NCBI GenBank assembly: GCA_033763315.1
Contig: JANRKS010000019.1
Coordinates: forward strand, 416,001-480,000
Direction of reading: 5' to 3'
Source of the DNA: Deltaproteobacteria bacterium
GTDB lineage: Bacteria > Myxococcota_A > Polyangia > Fen-1088
DNA length: 64,000 nucleotides
Both the position numbers and the translations under genes were made by a program. Positions 56,544-64,000 of this stretch are shown here, one piece after another; the first letter of the stretch is position 1, and every line of letters starts with the position of its first letter. Below the pieces are notes generated by a model. That model worked only from the letters and a program-made list of their open reading frames with translations. It did no database searches and was not told the DNA's origin.

Positions 56544-57152
56544 ATGTCGCGTTCGCAAGTGGTGTGGTTGGGTAGGGCGCTCGCAATTGTTCCGGCGGTG
56601 GTGCTTGGCGCGCAGGCGCTGACGGGCGGCCTTGGCGCCAATCCGATTGAAGCGCTGCTTAACCGATTGGGGTGGTGGACTTTGCTGGTGTTGCTGGCCT
56701 CGCTGGCGATCACGCCGGTGCGAACGATGTTCAAGGTTGGCGTGGTGGCGCCGTGGCGCCGCACATTTGGTTTGGCGGCCTTCTGGTACGGTCTTGCACA
56801 CGTCAGCGTCTACCTCGGCGTCGATAAATTCTTCGACGTCGCCGAAGTGTGGGAAGACGTTGTGAAGCGGCCCTTCATCACCGTGGGCGCCTTCGCTTTT
56901 GTGTTGCTGCTGGTTCTGGCAATCACGTCGACTGCACGTATGGTGAAACGATTGGGAGGCAAACGCTGGCGCGCCGTTCACCGGATGGCTTATGTCGCGG
57001 CGGCGGCGGGGGTGGTGCACTTCATCTGGCGCGTGAAAGCGGATCTGCGAGAGCCTCTCATCTTCGGCAGCGTGCTGGCGATCCTGCTGGCCGTGCGCGT
57101 GGCGCTGTGGCTGCGTAAGCGCACGCCGCTTGGCGCAGCAAAACTAAAGTGA
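56544..57152 (+). CDS. msrQ: Heme-binding membrane subunit MsrQ
   Basis: GANP, RR.FGL, KRPFIT.G, W..VHR..Y. Confidence 0.95.
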   Translation: MSRSQVVWLGRALAIVPAVVLGAQALTGGLGANPIEALLNRLGWWTLLVLLASLAITPVRTMFKVGVVAPWRRTFGLAAFWYGLAHVSVYLGVDKFFDVAEVWEDVVKRPFITVGAFAFVLLLVLAITSTARMVKRLGGKRWRAVHRMAYVAAAAGVVHFIWRVKADLREPLIFGSVLAILLAVRVALWLRKRTPLGAAKLK

Positions 57153-57223
57153 CCCCGGCGAGGCTCGAACACGCGACCTACGGTTTAGGAAACCGTCGCT
57201 CTATCCAACTGAGCTACGGGGCC
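57150..57223 (-). tRNA. tRNA-Arg (CCT); CCA not encoded
   Basis: Reverse complement GGCCCCGTAGCTCAGTTGGATAGAGCG-ACGGT-TTCCTAA-ACCGT..GTTCGAG..CGGGGTCA. Confidence 0.94.
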
Positions 57224-57278
57224 GATCAACGGTGACCTTAGGATAGAACACCTGCCTTGTCCACCGCACGCGCTGGCG

Positions 57279-58277
57279 CTACACGCGGTTGCGCAGCATC
57301 AGTTCTTTGGGGTGGGGCTGTAGATACGTTTGGCCCAGCAGATACTCCACGTTGTGCCGTCGGATGTGGTGCTTTAGCAGCGTCAGCGGCACGATCAAAG
57401 GTGATTGGCCGCGGCGGTGATCATCGATGAGCGACATCACCTCGTTGCGATCGTCTGCGTCCAGGTGGGGGCGCAAATAACCCGCCATGTGTTGCATCAC
57501 GTTGGCGTGGCGGCCCGGCGTCGCCCGTTTTTTGAGCGCCGCCATAAACTCGGTTTCGTATCGTTCGCGCAATTGCGCGCGCGGCATCGCCTTAGCGCCT
57601 GCCACCAGTTGCCCCAGGCTTTTATAAGCTTCCGGTGAATGCGCCATCAGCGTCAGTTTGTGCGCCGTGTGAAAAGCCACCAGCGCGCCCACCGTCCAAC
57701 GTTGGGCCCACAAGGCTTTGAGGCGTTTATACGCAAACAGCCGTTCGATGAAATTCTCGCGCAGCGCCGGATCTTCAAGGCGACCTTCTTCTTCGACCGG
57801 CAGATTCGGAAAACGAGAGAGCAGGGCGGCCGCAAATAAGCCGACGCCGTCTTTGCTTGGTTGGCTCGGCTCACCGTTGTCACCCGCAGGCGGGTAAAGC
57901 TTCACCCGCTCCATACCGCAGCTGGGGGACGCCTTTTTCAGGACGTAACCGTCCAAATCTTCGTCATCGAGGTCGGCCGTGCGTTTGTGGGCGAAGCGCT
58001 CCATGCGCGCGGTCCAGTCTTCGCCGCTGTCGGGAGCGATCATCAGCGTCTTGCCCGCTTTGTTACGCACAAGCCGAACGGTGGGGCGTGGAATCGACAT
58101 GCCCGCCTCAATCTCAGGGCACACCGCCACCCATTGCACATAGGGCCCAAGCACATCCACCAAGAACCCGTCGCGTTTGTGCTGGCCGTCGAAACGCACC
58201 TTGGCTCCCAACAGGCACATCGAAACGCCGACGCGTAAGGCATCCACGCCCGGCTCTGGTTTGTCGCCTTGCCCCAT
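57279..58277 (-). CDS. ybgA: YbgA family protein (DUF523 plus DUF1722)
   Basis: CLLG..VRFDG, VCPE, SPSCG, EEEGRL, YLQPHP. Confidence 0.92.
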   Translation of the reverse strand: MGQGDKPEPGVDALRVGVSMCLLGAKVRFDGQHKRDGFLVDVLGPYVQWVAVCPEIEAGMSIPRPTVRLVRNKAGKTLMIAPDSGEDWTARMERFAHKRTADLDDEDLDGYVLKKASPSCGMERVKLYPPAGDNGEPSQPSKDGVGLFAAALLSRFPNLPVEEEGRLEDPALRENFIERLFAYKRLKALWAQRWTVGALVAFHTAHKLTLMAHSPEAYKSLGQLVAGAKAMPRAQLRERYETEFMAALKKRATPGRHANVMQHMAGYLRPHLDADDRNEVMSLIDDHRRGQSPLIVPLTLLKHHIRRHNVEYLLGQTYLQPHPKELMLRNRV

Positions 58278-58326
58278 GGAACAACAATGGCCGAGATCTG
58301 GAGGCCCTGCTACTTTCCGCGTGCCC

Positions 58327-59349
58327 ATGCCCGATTCACCGCCTGCCTCTGGTCCGCCGCCCTCCAACCAAAAAGGCGGGGAAAGCGTGCAGACAGGCGG
58401 CGGTTTGCCGATCCGGGCGCGCACCGTCTCGTTCGTGGCCGCACCCGACGACGTGGGACAGCGCCTCGATCAATTATTGGCCAAGCGCATTGAGGGTTTG
58501 TCGCGGCGCCAGGCCCGCACGCTGTTGGATTTGGGCGGCGTGTTCGTGAACAAGGTGCGGACCAAGTTTGCGGCGCGGCCCACGCAAGCGGGCGATGAGG
58601 TCACGGCTTACATCGGCGGGGCGCTGTCGCGCGCGAAGAACCAGGTGGGAACGGCGGCGCGTGAGGAAGATGCCGCCAAGCTGCCGGCTTACGAAGTGAT
58701 GTTTGAAGACGAGGACATCGTGGTGGTGAACAAGCCCGCGGGTCTTCTCACCGCGCCCACGCCCGAAAGTGACCGCAACAATTTGGCCGATCTGTTGTCC
58801 CGCCGGGGACCACGGCGTTCGCGCCTGTTTGTGGTTCACCGGTTAGATCTGCAAACGAGCGGCGTGCTGGTGTTTGCCAAATCGCCCTGGGCAAATCGCG
58901 TGTTGTCAGAGCGTTTTGCCGTACACGACATGTTCCGCGAATACTTGGCGGTCGTGGCGGGCGCCTTCCCCGGTGACGTGGCCACAATTGATCGTCCGGT
59001 CGGGGGCAAGCGGGCGGTGACGCACGTTGAAGTGGCGGAGCGGCTGGGTGAACTGGCCTCGGTGTTGCGCCTGCGTCTGGAGACCGGCCGCACCCACCAG
59101 ATCCGGCTGCATGTGCGCTCCCTTGGGTGCCAGGTGCTGGGGGATCCCGACGTGCCCAAGGTCAAGGGCCTGCCCGTTCCGCCCCGCATGGCTCTTCATG
59201 CAGCGCGTCTCGAATTTGCGCACCCCGTAACGCGGGAAGCCCTGGCCTACGAGGCGCCTGTGCCTGTGGAGCTTGGGAACTACATTACGAAGCTGCGGGC
59301 AGGTGCCGCCGAACCGTCTGGGCCATCTGTTGGCCCGGAAGGGGAATAA
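58327..59349 (+). CDS. RluA/RluD-family pseudouridine synthase with S4 domain
   Basis: QRLDQLL, NKPAG, VHRLDLQTSG, TGRTHQIR; start uncertain. Confidence 0.93.
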   Translation: MPDSPPASGPPPSNQKGGESVQTGGGLPIRARTVSFVAAPDDVGQRLDQLLAKRIEGLSRRQARTLLDLGGVFVNKVRTKFAARPTQAGDEVTAYIGGALSRAKNQVGTAAREEDAAKLPAYEVMFEDEDIVVVNKPAGLLTAPTPESDRNNLADLLSRRGPRRSRLFVVHRLDLQTSGVLVFAKSPWANRVLSERFAVHDMFREYLAVVAGAFPGDVATIDRPVGGKRAVTHVEVAERLGELASVLRLRLETGRTHQIRLHVRSLGCQVLGDPDVPKVKGLPVPPRMALHAARLEFAHPVTREALAYEAPVPVELGNYITKLRAGAAEPSGPSVGPEGE

Positions 59350-59497
59350 AGAACTTCGGATTGCACTTTATGTGCGACCAAATGGTGTCGTTGGCTATCT
59401 TACTCTCCACTAGTTTTGGTCTAACCACTAAGGCCCAAGATATGGAATACGAAAGCTCAGCATCGTTGTGCGCGCGCCGGTGGGACGGGGGGATTCG

Positions 59498-60373
59498 GTG
59501 AATCGAGATACTTATGTGGCAATCGGACTGATGGTGTTCCTGGGCACGTCAGTCTTGGCATACTTAGGAAGGTTGATCATGCGCGGCCGGGCCCGTGTGG
59601 ATCGGCTGAACCAAGACGGCGGCAGCGCCATGCTCTCCGTGCCGATCATGGAGTTGGGTTACTGGGTGCTGCGGCCGGTTGTGAAGCTGCTCGATCGAGC
59701 CGGAGCCACACCCAACGCGGTGACCCTTTTTGCGGTGGTTCCTGCGTGCTTCGCCGCGGTGGCGGGCGGTTTTGGAGCCTTCGCGACCGTGTGCCTCCTG
59801 GGGATGACTTCTGCCTTTTGCGATGCGCTTGATGGCATGTTGGCCAAGTACCAGGGGGTGTCGTCGCGTTCGGGTCAGGCGCTTGATTCAGTCTTGGACC
59901 GCGTCACAGAATCGGTGATTCTCATTGGGTTGGCGGTCTACTTCCGGGGATCCGTCTCGCTGTTGTTGGTCGCCTTGTTGGCGCTGTTCGGTGGCTATAT
60001 GACCAGCTACGTCTCAGCGAAGGCCGAGGTGATGAAGGTGGCTATCCCGCGAGGGCAAATGCGCCGCCCCGAGCGTGCCGTTTACTTGATGAGTGGGTGT
60101 GCCTTCACGCCTTTGTGGGCCTTGCTGATGCCATCCGCCGCACATCCTGCGTTGCGCTTCCTGCCTGTGGTTGTGGCCATGGCTTTGATCGGCGTCATCG
60201 CCACCTGGTCGGCGCTTGCGCGCTTGCATGCGCTTGTCGTCGGCGCCGCTTTGCCGCTTGAGGCAGCGGACGCGGCCGCAGACCGCGCGCCCCGCGCCGC
60301 CACGCAAGAGCTGACGCCCATCCCGGTCACCCCAGAAGCCTTCGCGCCCGCAAAGTCCCGGGGTGTGGCGTAA
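59498..60373 (+). CDS. CDP-alcohol phosphatidyltransferase
   Basis: TPNAVT; DALDGMLAK..G..LDSVLDR. Confidence 0.9.
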   Translation: MNRDTYVAIGLMVFLGTSVLAYLGRLIMRGRARVDRLNQDGGSAMLSVPIMELGYWVLRPVVKLLDRAGATPNAVTLFAVVPACFAAVAGGFGAFATVCLLGMTSAFCDALDGMLAKYQGVSSRSGQALDSVLDRVTESVILIGLAVYFRGSVSLLLVALLALFGGYMTSYVSAKAEVMKVAIPRGQMRRPERAVYLMSGCAFTPLWALLMPSAAHPALRFLPVVVAMALIGVIATWSALARLHALVVGAALPLEAADAAADRAPRAATQELTPIPVTPEAFAPAKSRGVA

Positions 60374-60379
60374 CCGCGC

Positions 60380-61540
<1,161 letters not shown>

Positions 61541-61553
61541 GGGGTGTCTTTCG

Positions 61554-63920
61554 TTAATTCCGCAGGGGCTTGCTGGTGGTCAACATGTGTTGAATGCGTG
61601 CGCGGGTCTTCTCCTCGCCGCACAATGACAGGAAGGCTTCGCGCTCAAGATCCAGCAGGTGCTGCTCGGTCACCTTGGCGCCGCCTGCCACGTCCCCACC
61701 GCTTAAGATGCGCGCGAGGTGCCTTCCGATTCGTGCGTCGTGCTCGCTGATTCGATGGGCGTCGGCAAGGTTGTGCAAAGCCGCATTCATCGTGGCGGCC
61801 CCCGACGCGCCCACCACTTTAATCCGGCGCGGGGGAGGGGGACGGTAACCCGCGCGCGCCAGCCCAAGCGCCCACTGCTTCGCGTCGGCGAGCAATGTAT
61901 CCCGGCTCATGGACACCGAATCGCCCGTGCGCAGGTAACCGAGATCTCGCGCTTCCTCGGCGCTCGTGGATACGCGGGCCGTGCCCAGGTACTCGAACGG
62001 CTCGCGAACAACGCCCAGCAGATCGATGTTCGGGTTGCTGCCCACCATCGCGCTGGCTCGCGCGGCCAGTTCCATGCAGCCGCCACCCGCGGGGATGAGA
62101 CCCACGCCCACTTCCACGCAGCCGACATAAAGCTCGGCCGCGGCTCGCACATATTGGCAACCAAGCACAACTTCGGCGCCGCCACCCAATGCCAAACCGA
62201 ACGGAGCGCACACCACGGGTACGTGCGCGTAGCGCGTGCGCATGCAGGCGTTTTGAAAGCCCACCAACATCTGATCGATGGCCTTGTAGTTGTTTTGCGA
62301 CAGACCCACCATCAGTGAGAACAGGTTGGCGCCGGCACAGAATGCTTCGGGGGCTTCGTTGCCAATGATGAGCGCCACGCCCTCGCGTTCGGCGCGGTCC
62401 ACACCCTTGTGCATCATCGCGATGATGTCGGGATCGATCGCGTTCATCTTCGAGTGAAATTCCACGCAGAAAACGCCGTCGCCGATGTCCAGCAATGAAG
62501 CGCTGGCGTTGCGTTCCACCTCGCCGCCCCAGGCACGCACCTCTTCAAGCGAGAGGCTGCGTTCATCCTGAGCCACCGGCCGATAGCCGCCGCGCGATTC
62601 CAGATAGGACAGCTGCGTAGGTGTCTCACGCTTGTAGAACCGCTCTTCCCCTGCAGCCACGCGTTCCTTCACCCACGCGGGCACCGAAAGTCCCATGGCT
62701 TCCATTTTGGCGACCGTGTCTTTGACGCCCAAGGCGTCCCAGGTTTCAAACGGACCGCGGTCCCAACCAAAGCCCCATTTCATGGCGCGATCAATGTCGA
62801 CCACGGAATCGGCGATCTCGCCCAAGCGATTGGCTGCGTAGATCAGCGTCTCGTAGATCACTTGCCGCGCCAAAGTCGAGGCGCGGTCGTCACCGTTGAC
62901 GACCCTGCGGGTGCGCTCGTCTACATCGTCAACGCCTTTGGTGGCCCCGATCGAGGCGAAGCGTGGCTTTTCGCCGGGCTTGTATTCGAGCGTCTTGAGA
63001 TCAAGTTGCAAGATGTCCTTGCCCTCTTTCTTGTAGAAGCCCTGGCGCGCTTTGCTGCCCAGCCATTTGCGTTCCACCAGCTGGCGTAACACGGGCGGCA
63101 GCGCGAACACGTCGCGGCGTTCGTCGTTGGCGAGCGCTTCGTAACAGTTGTTGGCCACGTGGGCGAGGGTGTCCAGGCCCACCACGTCGGCTGTGCGGAA
63201 CACGGCGCTTTTGGGGCGGCCCAAGGCTTTGCCGAAGATCGCGTCCACCTCTTCCACGGAATAACCTTGCTCGGCAGCCAAGGTCAGCGTTCGCATCAGG
63301 CCGAACGTGCCCACCCGGTTGGCGATGAAGTTGGGCGTGTCCTTGGCCCGCACAAGGCCTTTGCCCAGCAACGTGCCACACACGCGCTCGGCCAGGTCAA
63401 TGGCAGCGTCGGCAGTGTCGTCGCCGGTGACAACCTCCACCAACTTGAGGTAGCGGGGTGGGTTGAAAAAGTGGGTGATGAGGAAGCGCTTCTTGAAGGC
63501 CAAGCTGCGGCCTTCCACCAGTTCGGCCAAGGGCAATCCAGACGTGTTGGACGCGATGACGGCGTCGCCGCCCATGGCATCGAGGCGCTCGTAAAGCTTG
63601 CGCTTGATGCCCAGGTTCTCAATGACGGCCTCAACAATAAAGTCGCACTTGGCGGCGTCTTGCAGGTTGTCTTCCAAGTTCCCCACGCGGACAAGGGCCT
63701 CGAACCGCTTGGCAAAAAAGCTGGCCGGTTTGCTGGCTTTCGCCCGCGACAACCCATCCTCCGCCACCTTGTTCCGAAGGCCCGGCTTGTCGGGCGGGGC
63801 GTCCTTCGGAGGAATGTCCAGCAGAAGAACCTTCAATCCTGCATTCGCCAGGTGGGCGGCGATGGCGGCTCCCATCACGCCCGCACCCAAAACGGCGACC
63901 TCATCGATCGGCTTGGCCAT
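61554..63920 (-). CDS. fadN: 3-hydroxyacyl-CoA dehydrogenase / enoyl-CoA hydratase (FadN type)
   Basis: GAGVMG, SNTSG, HFFNPPRY, GGGAE, KPLRN. Confidence 0.93.
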   Translation of the reverse strand: MAKPIDEVAVLGAGVMGAAIAAHLANAGLKVLLLDIPPKDAPPDKPGLRNKVAEDGLSRAKASKPASFFAKRFEALVRVGNLEDNLQDAAKCDFIVEAVIENLGIKRKLYERLDAMGGDAVIASNTSGLPLAELVEGRSLAFKKRFLITHFFNPPRYLKLVEVVTGDDTADAAIDLAERVCGTLLGKGLVRAKDTPNFIANRVGTFGLMRTLTLAAEQGYSVEEVDAIFGKALGRPKSAVFRTADVVGLDTLAHVANNCYEALANDERRDVFALPPVLRQLVERKWLGSKARQGFYKKEGKDILQLDLKTLEYKPGEKPRFASIGATKGVDDVDERTRRVVNGDDRASTLARQVIYETLIYAANRLGEIADSVVDIDRAMKWGFGWDRGPFETWDALGVKDTVAKMEAMGLSVPAWVKERVAAGEERFYKRETPTQLSYLESRGGYRPVAQDERSLSLEEVRAWGGEVERNASASLLDIGDGVFCVEFHSKMNAIDPDIIAMMHKGVDRAEREGVALIIGNEAPEAFCAGANLFSLMVGLSQNNYKAIDQMLVGFQNACMRTRYAHVPVVCAPFGLALGGGAEVVLGCQYVRAAAELYVGCVEVGVGLIPAGGGCMELAARASAMVGSNPNIDLLGVVREPFEYLGTARVSTSAEEARDLGYLRTGDSVSMSRDTLLADAKQWALGLARAGYRPPPPRRIKVVGASGAATMNAALHNLADAHRISEHDARIGRHLARILSGGDVAGGAKVTEQHLLDLEREAFLSLCGEEKTRARIQHMLTTSKPLRN

Positions 63921-64000
63921 AAAACTACGATACCGCAACATGCCGTTCGTTGCGCGGTTGTGAACAAAATCTAAACGGCAACAATCCGGCGACGGCGTAA

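Overview
GC-rich bacterial chromosome window, most consistent with a Myxococcota genome (FHA proteins, Ser/Thr kinases, DUF1592/DUF1552 pair, TraB-like OmpA protein, IF3 with a Pro/Ala tail). It holds about 55 genes and 4 tRNAs (Met-CAT, Val-GAC, Pro-GGG, Arg-CCT). Housekeeping blocks are tgt (3' end), lepA-lepB, infC-rpmI-rplT-pheS-pheT-ihfA-merR-surE-nlpD, thrS/dtd, msrPQ and fadN/fadA. They are interleaved with phospho-signalling operons and many lipoproteins. I saw no integrase, transposase or CRISPR array. Best leads: (1) thrS is displaced from its usual position before infC and carries a leader with two 25-nt hairpins whose loops show Thr-anticodon-like xGU, a candidate tRNA-mimic autoregulatory operator; (2) an FHA-fused CpaF/TadA homolog with all ATPase motifs degenerate, coupled to an SMI1/KNR4-TPR gene that convergently overlaps a secreted phospholipase C/P1-fold-like gene; (3) an XPB-like helicase/DUF790 pair divergent from a diadenylate cyclase; (4) repeated leaderless-promoter geometry. 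All calls come from reading motifs by eye; no database searches were run. Several start codons were moved from the ORF track.
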